Shown here piece by piece: positions 25,545 through 35,278 of a DNA stretch of 59,324 nucleotides. The notes under the pieces are model-generated. The model was not told the origin of the DNA. It worked only from the letters and a program-made list of their open reading frames with translations, and did no database searches. The position numbers and the translations under genes are program-made. Each line of letters opens with the position of its first letter. The stretch's first letter is position 1. The stretch is from a virus (taxonomy: Duplodnaviria > Caudoviricetes): the IMG/VR virus record IMGVR_UViG_3300045120_000032, positions 1 to 59,324 of that record; one strand, 5' to 3'.

Positions 25545-27242
25545 GTGACTGAAGTGAAGCAACGCAAGCCGTTGCTCAAGCCTAAGCCGTCAGGTAAGTT
25601 TCAGATCCGAGATTTCCAGAAACAGGATCTTGCGTATATGTCTGAGCTTCCTAACGGTTCTGCTAACTGGTCGGAGATGGGTAGTTTCAAGACCAGCACA
25701 GCAGAGTGGCTGCTTGAGCTAAAGACGAAGCATATCCCTAATCCCAGGGTTCTCATCATCACTACCAAGACTGGCAAAGGGCCATATCTTGAGAGTCTGT
25801 GGGAAGTCCTGCCTGAGTGGGACGTGTACAACGTCGATGCCAAAAAGACTTCACTGGTTATCAAGGATCGAGTGACACCGTGGAACGTGAATCTTCCCAC
25901 GCCGCTCGATATGAGGCCGGTTGTTGTACTCGCGCACTACCACTGTTTCACCAACAGGTCGTGCATTCCGCAGCAGAAGAAGATGAAGGTCACGCTCACG
26001 AATGGCAAAGAGGTTGAGCGTCCGAAGCTTCTGCCTGATGGCACGATTGATATGGTGATCCCTCGTAACGCTGAGCTTCTCACGAAGCATTGGGATCTTG
26101 TCATCTGTGATGAGGCACACAGGCTCAAGAACTACGACGCACAGTGGACTCGCAACATCAAGAAGATCAAGGCTAACTACAAGCACATCATGACCGGGAC
26201 AGGTTTCGTGAATAACCCGGCAGAGATTTGGTCGCTGCTTGACTTCTTGTTTAGTGGGAAGCGTGAGAGTCCACATGCCAACATGGTCAACAGCACAGGG
26301 TACTGGAAGTTTCGTGAGCACTTCTGTGAAGAGGACGACGTTGGTGGATACCGTAAGATCACAGGTATCAAGCCTGAGGCAGAGGAAGAGTTCAAGCAAC
26401 TGGTCAGGAGCGTCGGCGTAAGACGCACGATGATCGAGTGCTTCCCTGATATCACAGAGCCTATCGAGACTGTGATTGGTGTGGATCTGAGTCCTGTGCA
26501 GCGTAAGATGTATCAGGGTATTCAGGATGAACTGTGGGCTTTGGATCAAGCGGGTGTTCCGCTGCATAGCCCGACAATCCTGTCGATGCTCAATCGTCTG
26601 CGTCAGATCAGTGATGCCACGCCGCTTGTCAAGAGTGACGAGTGGAACGAGAAGATGGAAAGGCGTGAAATCAAGGTTCAGTTGACTGAGCCTAGTTCCA
26701 AACTTGATGCAGCAATGGAGGTTATCGAGGGTCTTGAGTGGGACGACGAGCGTAAGGATCAGATCGTCGTGTTCTGTAACTTCAAGGAGCCGCTCGATAT
26801 GTTGGCTGCTCGTCTAACTAAGGCGAAGATTCCGTTTCTGCATCTCAAGGCAGAGATGGGTGATAAGCAACGTTTCGAGTATTGGCATGAGACTTGGCCT
26901 ACGAAGCAACATCAGGTCTTTCTGTCAACTCTCGACCTGGGTGCTGAGTCAATCAACCTGAGTACAGCGCACAGGGCAATCTTCATCGACCAGTCATGGA
27001 GTCCTGCAAAGAACAAGCAGGCTATCGGTCGTATCTATCGTCCGGGTCAGACTGGCGCTGTCCAGCTCATCTACATTCGCGCAAGAGACACGGTAGACTA
27101 TCGCGTCTTGGATACCGTGAATCAGAAGCACGGATGGTTCAAGTCCATCTTCGGTAACAGCGGCAGCGACAATGACACCGAGGATGATGTGGCTGCTGTT
27201 GACATAGAAGAGAACGGTGGTAACGATGCAAGTGATAGCTAG
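25545..27242 (+). CDS. SNF2-family (SF2) helicase/ATPase
   Basis: SEMGSFKT, VICDEAH, MTGT, GAESINL, QAIGRIYRPGQ. Confidence 0.9.
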   Translation: MTEVKQRKPLLKPKPSGKFQIRDFQKQDLAYMSELPNGSANWSEMGSFKTSTAEWLLELKTKHIPNPRVLIITTKTGKGPYLESLWEVLPEWDVYNVDAKKTSLVIKDRVTPWNVNLPTPLDMRPVVVLAHYHCFTNRSCIPQQKKMKVTLTNGKEVERPKLLPDGTIDMVIPRNAELLTKHWDLVICDEAHRLKNYDAQWTRNIKKIKANYKHIMTGTGFVNNPAEIWSLLDFLFSGKRESPHANMVNSTGYWKFREHFCEEDDVGGYRKITGIKPEAEEEFKQLVRSVGVRRTMIECFPDITEPIETVIGVDLSPVQRKMYQGIQDELWALDQAGVPLHSPTILSMLNRLRQISDATPLVKSDEWNEKMERREIKVQLTEPSSKLDAAMEVIEGLEWDDERKDQIVVFCNFKEPLDMLAARLTKAKIPFLHLKAEMGDKQRFEYWHETWPTKQHQVFLSTLDLGAESINLSTAHRAIFIDQSWSPAKNKQAIGRIYRPGQTGAVQLIYIRARDTVDYRVLDTVNQKHGWFKSIFGNSGSDNDTEDDVAAVDIEENGGNDASDS

Positions 27243-27540
27243 CAGCAGACAGACAGGCCGCACATCACAGCTTATCGGGTTGTGCGCAGTAGCGGAGTCT
27301 CGGCATGAAGTGTCATACATAGTGTGTCACTCTCATGCCGAGGCTTACCGCATCAACAAGCAAGCGGAGGAAATGGGATTGTCGATAGGGTTCCCACTCA
27401 CCTACGACGAGTTCCTACAAGAGCGATATGCAGGACAGAACATCAGACACTTCTTTATCGACAACGTGGAACTCTTGATTCAGCACATGACAGCAGTTCA
27501 CGTTGCGGCAATCACGGTGACCACAAATGCCGATGAGTAA
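27226..27540 (+). CDS. Small P-loop-like protein
   Basis: SRQTGRT (degenerate Walker A) and FFIDNV. Confidence 0.6.
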   Translation: MQVIASSRQTGRTSQLIGLCAVAESRHEVSYIVCHSHAEAYRINKQAEEMGLSIGFPLTYDEFLQERYAGQNIRHFFIDNVELLIQHMTAVHVAAITVTTNADE

Positions 27541-27687
27541 AGAAGAGGCTAGAGAGATTATCGCAATCGCTCTAGCTGGTGGAGGCCCGACAGCAGAGCA
27601 AGCCTCATACGCTTTTGACGCAGAATACGAGGAAGCTCTGTCTGTCCTGTATCCCATGCCAGACGACGAAAACGAAACGGGAGACTG

Positions 27688-27936
27688 ATGAAGAACGATT
27701 ACGAGATAGAGTTTGTCTTTCGTAGTCTTACGAAGGATGAGGCTCTAAAGAAAGCTGGAGAAATCCATGACTTTCTGTTTCTGACTGATCCCGAAAGAGA
27801 GTTTGAGATGTTCGTCATGGAAATCCAACCTGAAACAGAGATTGGACTACCAGGACTTGAGCATATCTCTCACTGGCCTGAGGACGCCAAAGGCCCATTC
27901 GGTGATCTTACGTGGGACAAAGACAGTGACCAGTAA
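27688..27936 (+). CDS. Hypothetical protein
   Basis: AAACGGGAG upstream. Confidence 0.6.
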   Translation: MKNDYEIEFVFRSLTKDEALKKAGEIHDFLFLTDPEREFEMFVMEIQPETEIGLPGLEHISHWPEDAKGPFGDLTWDKDSDQ

Positions 27937-28396
27937 ACGGGAGTTGCTGACAAAGAAGGAACAGGAGCTAGCCGATCTAAAACGGCTTGTGGCGATTCTC
28001 GATGAAGTCGATGTTCTGACTACAGACTTGACAGTGGAGAAGATCATCGACATAGCACCGAAGGTAGCTGCCCTAACATCTGAGGCAGACAGGCTAATAA
28101 GAAGGAACGATTTTTCGGGTGAGCTAGTTGAGCTTGAAAAGCAGTTCAAGACTTTCTTCACACTCTTCGCTCGCATCTACCACGAAGAGGTTAGCTTGAA
28201 GAACGATCTGAATAGGCTTCTGCGACTTGAGATTCGTAGGCAACAGAGACAAGCGCGTGAGGCTGTTCACATCACACCTACGATGTGTGCGTTTGAGGGT
28301 TGTAAGAAGCCCGTCCGTGTGTACGCGAATGAACTCGCGTACTGCAAACGTCATGCACGTGAAGAGGGAATCATCCTGAGAGGGAAGATCGTTTAG
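27926..28396 (+). CDS. Coiled-coil protein with C-terminal C....C...C..H finger
   Basis: CAFEGC...YCKRH. Confidence 0.6.
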   Translation: MTSKRELLTKKEQELADLKRLVAILDEVDVLTTDLTVEKIIDIAPKVAALTSEADRLIRRNDFSGELVELEKQFKTFFTLFARIYHEEVSLKNDLNRLLRLEIRRQQRQAREAVHITPTMCAFEGCKKPVRVYANELAYCKRHAREEGIILRGKIV

Positions 28397-28450
28397 CCCG
28401 CCTCTGGCACTTCCTCAGCACGAACAGAGGTTCCCAAAGGTAACAATAAC

Positions 28451-28479
28451 TTGACATTGGGGGGTGAGTCTGCTAGGAT
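28451..28479 (+). promoter_or_regulatory. SigA-type promoter
   Basis: TTGACA-17-TAGGAT with extended TG; intergenic before the recombination module. Confidence 0.75.
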
Positions 28480-28553
28480 GCAGGCTTGCCCCCCGACGAG
28501 CCGCTGTAAAATAGCGCGTCCGTCGTAAATAACACAAACGGGAAGGGTCACAA

Positions 28554-29840
28554 GTGACCACAGTAGCGCAAGGTTTGTGGCGTCCGCCGCAAATCCCGAC
28601 AAAGTACGACATCGTTCCTCTCCACAACTCGGATCGAGGTTCGTTTCTAAGATGTCGTAGGTATTGGGATTGGTCGTCGCCTGCACGTAATAACCTCAGT
28701 CTCAGGGCTGACATACATGGTGTCAATACTGACCTTTGGTTTGGTACTGGCATCCATTGGGCACTAGAACAATACTACGCTCCGGGTCAAGCTATTAGGC
28801 GTGATCCTGTCGAAGCGTGGACAACATGGTTTGACGTTCAATGGCGTGGAGGCACCGTCACAGAAGAATGGTTAGACCGTGTGTATGACCTGAATCCTCG
28901 TAAGGAACTACGTCAGAAAGGTAATTGGGTTCTCGACGTAGAGCCTGTGTACGTTGTACGAGGGCTTGAGGATATCCTTCCTGACGCAGACGGAGACATC
29001 TATGATGGACTTCGTGAGCTAGGCGTTCAGATGATGACATTCTATAAGGAGTACGCGGAGGCCAACGATGCTTTCGAGGTACTGGTCGTTGAGCATGACT
29101 TCTCAATCCCGATCTGGGATTTTGAGAACGATTGTATTCTCAAGGCTACCGATCTACGCGAGCATTCACCCAACTACGGTAAGAAGTTGGAGGTTCATAA
29201 CCGTGGTAGAATGGACGCCATTTGGTCTAAGCCCAATGGCAAACTTGGAGTCATCGACCATAAGACTTCAAGTAGGATCGACGAAGATTTCTTTGAAAAA
29301 CTCGATACCGACGAACAAGTAACCAGCTACCTATACGCGGCAGAAGTGGAGGCTAAGTATTATGACCTGCCATACGCCGGTGAACAAATGGAAGAGTGCA
29401 TCTACAACGTGCTCCGTAAAGCGTTCCCGAAACCCCCGACAGTGGTACGCGGTGGACTCTTCAGTGTCGATCGTAAAGAGGAATCCTGTACCTACGATAT
29501 GCTTACATCGTGGATGCAAGAACAAGAACCACCAGTCCTCTACGAAGAACTGTCGGAGAAGCATCAGAACTACGTTGATTGGTTGCAAGAGCTAGGTGCT
29601 GACCAGTTCATTGTACGGAAGCAGGTGCGCCGCAACAGACATCAGTTGCAGGCAGCAGGATATCTCATGTATCAGCAGGCAATGGATATGCTTGCACCGG
29701 ACGTGAGAATCTACCGCAACATGACCAATGACTACAAGTGCATGGGCTGTCAGTTCCGCGCACCGTGTCTTGCAAAGGACGACGGTGGGGATTGGGAGCA
29801 GCTAATCAATGACAACTTCACCAGGACACGCGACAGATGA
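28554..29840 (+). CDS. PD-(D/E)XK exonuclease (Cas4/RecB-like)
   Basis: GTGIH, GRMD, VIDHKT, Q..SY; N-terminal C plus C-terminal CxxC.....C (Fe-S). Confidence 0.85.
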   Translation: MTTVAQGLWRPPQIPTKYDIVPLHNSDRGSFLRCRRYWDWSSPARNNLSLRADIHGVNTDLWFGTGIHWALEQYYAPGQAIRRDPVEAWTTWFDVQWRGGTVTEEWLDRVYDLNPRKELRQKGNWVLDVEPVYVVRGLEDILPDADGDIYDGLRELGVQMMTFYKEYAEANDAFEVLVVEHDFSIPIWDFENDCILKATDLREHSPNYGKKLEVHNRGRMDAIWSKPNGKLGVIDHKTSSRIDEDFFEKLDTDEQVTSYLYAAEVEAKYYDLPYAGEQMEECIYNVLRKAFPKPPTVVRGGLFSVDRKEESCTYDMLTSWMQEQEPPVLYEELSEKHQNYVDWLQELGADQFIVRKQVRRNRHQLQAAGYLMYQQAMDMLAPDVRIYRNMTNDYKCMGCQFRAPCLAKDDGGDWEQLINDNFTRTRDR

Positions 29841-29871
29841 TTACGCGGTTAGCGGATCAGAACTGGTGTAA

Positions 29872-30017
29872 ACGGCTGTGAGCGAGCCGTCCACAAAGCA
29901 CCTGAAACCATCGGAACCAGGACAAGGCTCTCAGGCGAGCCGGGTGAGTAGCGGAGATGAAAGGAACTCTCCTGCATCCAAGCGCAGACCTGAGGTGGAC
30001 GGCTCACTGACAGCCGT
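29872..30017 (+). ncRNA. Putative structured ncRNA H (stem-enclosed, possible pseudoknot)
   Basis: 23-position helix with 2 mismatches; inner GGCTC/GAGCC, CACCTG/CGGGTG and GGAGA/TCTCC; CTCAGG (29930-35) complements CCTGAG (29989-94). Confidence 0.6.
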
Positions 30018-30246
30018 GTTAGTGGATATCGAACTAAACAAGATGCCGGGATTATGAGCCGGTTAGGTTACCTTGCTCTGTAACGGAAAACATGATAGTA
30101 CCGATTTTGTGTCATGGCGATCACACTTTTGCTGTTAGACAGTGGTGGATGCCGTGGCGTATCGGCAGAGTGAGATACTGGCGCTGTTCAGTGTGTGGCG
30201 CGAGAGTTCCGAATCAAAACCACGAAGTAATAACGGGAGATAGGTA

Positions 30247-30705
30247 TTGCCACTTGACGCAGAAACAATCAGACGGCTAACAGAGACAAAGAAACGGGCA
30301 CCCGCTAGTAAAAAACCCGCACAGGGCAGCGGCGGTAAAAAGGGATCGCGCAAAGGTTATATGGGGATTCGTGTAAAGACGCAATACCCCAAGCTTATCC
30401 CAAATGATTACGTGAAGAGTGTTCCAGGTACGGAGCAGAGTAGTACGATGGGCTGCACATCATTCGGTTGTGGTGCGCCGTCGTATTATCTGTTCTTGGG
30501 TCAACCGCTTTGTTCCATTCACATAGTTTATGCTCTGGTGCATCAACTACAATATGGTGCTAATGGGGCAACACAGACTAGCGAGGTGTCTAACCAATCA
30601 GTTCCTCCTGACGTGAGGCCGCTGACCCAGTTGGACGGCACCTCGCTAGTTATCATCAACGGTACCGACGAAAGCGGTGAAGATGACGACGACAGCTACC
30701 TCTAG
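30247..30705 (+). CDS. Hypothetical protein (basic N-terminus, C....C...C..H)
   Basis: AACGGGAG upstream of TTG; MPLD...R.L.E.K start resembles 23207..23542. Confidence 0.6.
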   Translation: MPLDAETIRRLTETKKRAPASKKPAQGSGGKKGSRKGYMGIRVKTQYPKLIPNDYVKSVPGTEQSSTMGCTSFGCGAPSYYLFLGQPLCSIHIVYALVHQLQYGANGATQTSEVSNQSVPPDVRPLTQLDGTSLVIINGTDESGEDDDDSYL

Positions 30706-31510
30706 TGTTACGACACTCAGAGACAGCCTTCAACCGAGGCCACCTTCACAAGTGGTTGACTGGATCAACATGCTTCTGTATGGTGACCCAGGTGTGGGTA
30801 AGACCCATTTGTGTGGGACGGCGATGGATCATCCTGAAACTGCTCCTGTGCTGTACTTGGACGTTGACGGTGGCGTGACGACGTTGCGTAATCGTCAAGA
30901 CTTGGACGTGAAAGCTGTACGTCAGATTGATGATCCTAACCCTGAAACACCAGGCATCAATCAGATTTACGAGAAGCTCTTTGCGTCCATCACAAAGGAC
31001 AGCAAGGGAATCAGTAGGGTTGAGCACTACAAGACTGTAGTGATCGACAGGCTGGATGAACTGGCTGATGTGGATATGCGGTACATCATGCGAGCCGCGT
31101 ATTCAAGGAATCCTGATAAGGTGGACGTTGATGTACCGTCCCCTAGAGAGTACGGTATCAATCGCTCTCACATCAGGAAGCTAGTACGTGCGTTCCGTGA
31201 TCTTCCATGTCACGTGATCTTCGTGGCTGGTATGGCTAGTAGGCAGGAAGAAGGACAGCCTACCAAATACTTCCCTGGATTCTCGGGGAAGTTGGCAAGC
31301 GAAGTACCTGGCTTCTGTGATATCGTTGGGTACTACTACAACGACAACAGCACAGGAGAAGTGGTACGTCGGTTGCAGTTCCAAGGGACTCGCAGAGTAC
31401 AAGCGAAAGACAGGACTGATTCGCTTGGTGAGTTCATCGACGATCCAAGTATTCCGCTCATGTGGAATATGATTCACCCTCCCGCTGTCACTAAAAAGGC
31501 AGCGGCGTAG
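30683..31510 (+). CDS. AAA_24 / Sak4-like recombination ATPase
   Basis: YGDPGVGKT, VVIDRL, CDIVGY, AKDRT. Confidence 0.85.
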   Translation: MTTTATSSVTTLRDSLQPRPPSQVVDWINMLLYGDPGVGKTHLCGTAMDHPETAPVLYLDVDGGVTTLRNRQDLDVKAVRQIDDPNPETPGINQIYEKLFASITKDSKGISRVEHYKTVVIDRLDELADVDMRYIMRAAYSRNPDKVDVDVPSPREYGINRSHIRKLVRAFRDLPCHVIFVAGMASRQEEGQPTKYFPGFSGKLASEVPGFCDIVGYYYNDNSTGEVVRRLQFQGTRRVQAKDRTDSLGEFIDDPSIPLMWNMIHPPAVTKKAAA

Positions 31511-31558
31511 CTAGACAAGTCTAGCGACCAAACCAACAGAACAAAGGAGTGAAAGAGT

Positions 31559-32053
31559 ATGGCTAATGACAGCCTGCTGAATCTCAGCGATGCGGATATG
31601 GGTGGCTTTGAAGCACTCGATCCTGGTCGTTACAACGCGGAAGTGTTTGACATCACGTGGGATGCTGTGAAGAACGCTGGTGGTAGGACGCCTGTTGGTA
31701 CTCCGATGATTAAGGTGGAGTTCAAGCTCACCGATGAGGATGGCGGCGGTCGTCATGCGTGGACGCAGTTCGTGGTGCCTCCGAAGGATCACGATAAGGA
31801 GAAGGCTGCGAAGATGAAGGGCATGATTGCACGCTTCTTCGTAGCACTTGGTGATACCGAAGAGGCTGTACGTGCCAAGGACTTCAATCCTGATTTCGAG
31901 GATTACAAGGGTAGGCCGTGTGTCGTTGTTCTTGGGAGAGAGGCAAAGCGCACACGCGAAGGTGACATCATCGAAGGAGAGTACAACAATCCTGTGAAGG
32001 GTGTCAAGCCTGCGGGTTCTCTCGTAGGTGGCGCAAGCACAGGGCTGCTGTAA
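31559..32053 (+). CDS. DUF669-like single-stranded DNA-binding protein
   Basis: FEALDPGRYNAEV...PMIKVEF; follows the Sak4-like ATPase. Confidence 0.75.
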   Translation: MANDSLLNLSDADMGGFEALDPGRYNAEVFDITWDAVKNAGGRTPVGTPMIKVEFKLTDEDGGGRHAWTQFVVPPKDHDKEKAAKMKGMIARFFVALGDTEEAVRAKDFNPDFEDYKGRPCVVVLGREAKRTREGDIIEGEYNNPVKGVKPAGSLVGGASTGLL

Positions 32054-32054
32054 C

Positions 32055-32276
32055 ATGCCTAAGATCGCTGTCAGGACTGAGGATCGCATTCGTATTGAAC
32101 TTGAGTACGATGACTACAAGGAATGGGAGCGTGTACTTGGTGATGCTGCTGAGGAACACACGACGCTTGTAGATGCGAGCGATCCTGATAGTGGTTGGTG
32201 GAAAACTCTGTACCTCAAGATCGGCAAGACTGAGTATCGTTTTAGTGGGCCGATTATGAGAAGCAGAGAGGACTAG
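32055..32276 (+). CDS. Hypothetical protein
   Basis: ATG 2 nt after the upstream stop. Confidence 0.6.
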   Translation: MPKIAVRTEDRIRIELEYDDYKEWERVLGDAAEEHTTLVDASDPDSGWWKTLYLKIGKTEYRFSGPIMRSRED

Positions 32277-32288
32277 CAACCAACAAGT

Positions 32289-32330
32289 GTGAGGGGCACC
32301 TGTCCTTTGACGAGTCCAGGTGTCCCTCAC
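32289..32330 (+). terminator. Intergenic hairpin
   Basis: GTGAGGGGCACCTG/CAGGTGTCCCTCAC followed by TTATTT. Confidence 0.55.
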
Positions 32331-32349
32331 TTATTTGTAAACGGGAGAT

Positions 32350-34530
32350 ATGACAGAGACAACGAAAGCCGCGAAAAGTGAACAGAGACTAAGATTCTTT
32401 GAGACACTGTTTGGTGATACAGAGGGTATACTCTGTACCGCCACAACTGACCCTCGCGCTCCCAAGGCTACATTCGCGCAACAGTATTGGGAATGGCCTA
32501 GAGAATGTAAACGTGTAGAGAACTTCATTCTCAGGGTTGAGCGCAGGGACAACGTATACTTTTGCATCAATCTCCTGACTAAGCGGGAACGCAAGAAGGA
32601 GAACTGTCAACCTACCGATCTTTTGTGGGCTGACCTTGATGCTGTAAATCCAGACGCCATTGGTGATTACCCACCGCCTATTGTGCTGCGTTCTAGTCCT
32701 GGTAGGTGGCAGGGTATCTGGCGTATGACTACTAAGCTGTCTCCATTCCAAGCAGAGGACTACTCACGTCGCCTAGCATACCATCTTGGCGCGGATAAGT
32801 CGGGCTGGGATTTGGGACAGCTTCTACGTGTCCCTCTGACTGTCAACTGGAAGTACAATACCCCTGTGCAGGTTGAACTACAGCGGCTCTCAGAAATCAC
32901 AGCAGAGCCAGCTATCTTTGAAATCCTAGAAGCCGATGTAGGATTGCAACGGGAATCTCATGAAGAGAACATGCCTGACATCGACGAGATACTTGAGTCA
33001 GAGCAGATCATCTACAAGTATGGTGAGCTTCTAGCAAAGACACAGTTCCTCGCACTCTTCACACAAGATCCAGAAGAGGGTGCTGACTGGTCTGCAATCC
33101 TTTGGAGATTGCTGCACGTATCCCTGAAAGTGGGGATGAGTGAGGAAGAGACATTCGCTGTAGCTCTCGATGCCAAATGCAACAAGTACGCCCGCGACGG
33201 TAGACCACTAGGACACCTATGGCGCGACGTACTCAAAGCCGCTAAGGAATATCAGAATGTTGTTGTTGGAGCAAACCTCATAGAAATACCACAGTTGGTG
33301 GATGAGGATGATCCGAGACTTACTGAGACATTCCTAGATATTTACAGAGAGTGGGCGACTGAGGCGACTGATGCAATACCGGACTTTCACAACATCAGTA
33401 TGCTCACCGTCCTGTCTGCTATTGTCTCGTCTAGTGTGAGACTTGAGACTACAGCAGGTTCAATCGCCCCCAACATTTGGGGAATGATTCTCGGTGAATC
33501 CACTATTACCCGTAAGACTACAGCTATGGGTTTGGCTGTTGATTTCCTGATGAAGATTGATCCTGACCTGATCGTGGCTACTGATGGTACGGCAGAGGGA
33601 TTGCTTGGTGCGCTTGCTGATCGTCCCAACAGAGCCAGCATGTATTACAGGGATGAGGTATCTGGACTGTTCGAGAGCATGACGAAGAAGGAGTACCTTG
33701 CAGCTTTGCAGGAAACCTTCACTGAGCTGTATAACGTGCCTCCGATAATAAAGCGTCTTTTGCGTAAAGAGACGATCATCATTGAGTCACCAGCATTCGT
33801 ATTCCTGTGCGGGGGTATTCCTAACCGGATCTTCGGATCGGTTGATGAGTCATTTATTGATTCGGGATTCCTGCCACGATTTATTATTGTCTCAGGTCAT
33901 GCAGAACTCGACGATCTACGGCCGCTCGGCCCACCCACAACAGAGGATACTACCAAGCGCCAATCAATCCTCGATACGATCGCAGATATCTACGAGGCTT
34001 ATGCTACCGATGTGAAGCAGAAGATCGGTGGTCAGTCAATATCCATGCCTCCACGTTATGTCGCAAAGATGACAGAAGATGCATGGAAGCTGAACTCTCT
34101 GTTTGACAGTAGAATGTTACGCGCCGGGAAAGACTCGATAGCTGCGGATCTGGCGCTTCCCACGATGGAGAGGCTTAGTCGTAGTCTGTTGAAGATCGCT
34201 ATTATCTTCGCTGCTATACGCCAGAAGCCTGACGAGCGAGGTAACATAGTAATCGAGGATTTCGATCTAGTCAATGCCGCATCATATACTCAACGTTGGG
34301 CAGAAAGCTCAATCGAGATGGTTATGAATGCCGGCAAGGGTAAGAACGAGAAGAAGCTTGAGAAGATTGTTCAGTTTATCGCTGAGCATCCTGGTGCGTT
34401 GAGAAGTAACATCATGAATCAGCATCGTTTGTTGGCACAGGATGCGACTATCGTTCTTCAAACTCTTGAAGAGCGTGGACTCATACGTGGTGAACGTAGA
34501 GGTCGTGGGTTCGCCTACTGGATCACATGA
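32350..34530 (+). CDS. Primase-helicase (RepB-like AEP primase + DUF3987-like P-loop domain)
   Basis: LWADLD, SSPGRWQGIW, LLRVP...NWKY; GESTITRKTT, YRDE, GFLPRF. Confidence 0.85.
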   Translation: MTETTKAAKSEQRLRFFETLFGDTEGILCTATTDPRAPKATFAQQYWEWPRECKRVENFILRVERRDNVYFCINLLTKRERKKENCQPTDLLWADLDAVNPDAIGDYPPPIVLRSSPGRWQGIWRMTTKLSPFQAEDYSRRLAYHLGADKSGWDLGQLLRVPLTVNWKYNTPVQVELQRLSEITAEPAIFEILEADVGLQRESHEENMPDIDEILESEQIIYKYGELLAKTQFLALFTQDPEEGADWSAILWRLLHVSLKVGMSEEETFAVALDAKCNKYARDGRPLGHLWRDVLKAAKEYQNVVVGANLIEIPQLVDEDDPRLTETFLDIYREWATEATDAIPDFHNISMLTVLSAIVSSSVRLETTAGSIAPNIWGMILGESTITRKTTAMGLAVDFLMKIDPDLIVATDGTAEGLLGALADRPNRASMYYRDEVSGLFESMTKKEYLAALQETFTELYNVPPIIKRLLRKETIIIESPAFVFLCGGIPNRIFGSVDESFIDSGFLPRFIIVSGHAELDDLRPLGPPTTEDTTKRQSILDTIADIYEAYATDVKQKIGGQSISMPPRYVAKMTEDAWKLNSLFDSRMLRAGKDSIAADLALPTMERLSRSLLKIAIIFAAIRQKPDERGNIVIEDFDLVNAASYTQRWAESSIEMVMNAGKGKNEKKLEKIVQFIAEHPGALRSNIMNQHRLLAQDATIVLQTLEERGLIRGERRGRGFAYWIT

Positions 34531-34697
34531 GCACAGTTCATACCATTCCCATAAATGACATCATAGAGCACGACACGAACTCGGATGAGTGTGTCTGTGG
34601 CCCTGATATCATTTACGTCGAGAATGGTGGGAAGCAAGTTATACATCACTCGTTGGACGGACGTGAGTTCCGTGAGACTAAGGAGAGAGAAGAATGA
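34527..34697 (+). CDS. Small His/Cys phage protein (56 aa)
   Basis: ATGA overlaps at both ends; H..PIND.IEH...CVCGP...HHSLDGRE. Confidence 0.7.
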   Translation: MSTVHTIPINDIIEHDTNSDECVCGPDIIYVENGGKQVIHHSLDGREFRETKEREE

Positions 34698-35278
34698 TCG
34701 TAGGACTCGCAGGATTCAAGGGTAGTGGTAAGGATACTGTAGCAGCGTATCTGGTGAAGCAGCATGGTTTCGAGCGTAAGGCGTTTGCCGATCCCATGAA
34801 GCAATCAATCGCTGCTCTTTTTGGTATCTCTTTCGCAGATGTAGACAGATACAAGAACGATGAATCAATCATCGTAGAGTTGAAGCAATCACGATGGAAT
34901 AAAGAATTTGAAGGAGTTACAGATCACGATAATCTTGGTTCTATGGACTTCCGTTCATTTCTACAGCGGTATGGTACTGAGGCCCATCGTGATGTGTTCG
35001 GTCAGGACTTCTGGCTTGAGTACACTCTACCCAGTAATGGGTATTATCACGGACGTAACATAGTTGTGACTGACGTGAGGTATAGCAATGAGGCCAAGCG
35101 TGTCAGGGACTTCGGTGGCTCTATCTGGTTTATCAATCGTATCACCAACAAGCAGACATCCGATCCGCACAGTTCCGAAACCCTAGACTTTGGTACGGAC
35201 GTGACTGTACCAAATAGCAGCACGATTGAGGATCTATATGCTAGAATAGAAGAGGCGCTCAATGTCTCAGTCGGCTAG
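34694..35278 (+). CDS. Deoxynucleoside monophosphate kinase
   Basis: GLAGFKGSGKDT, FADPMK, LQRYGTE, VVTDVRY.NE, HSSE. Confidence 0.9.
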   Translation: MIVGLAGFKGSGKDTVAAYLVKQHGFERKAFADPMKQSIAALFGISFADVDRYKNDESIIVELKQSRWNKEFEGVTDHDNLGSMDFRSFLQRYGTEAHRDVFGQDFWLEYTLPSNGYYHGRNIVVTDVRYSNEAKRVRDFGGSIWFINRITNKQTSDPHSSETLDFGTDVTVPNSSTIEDLYARIEEALNVSVG

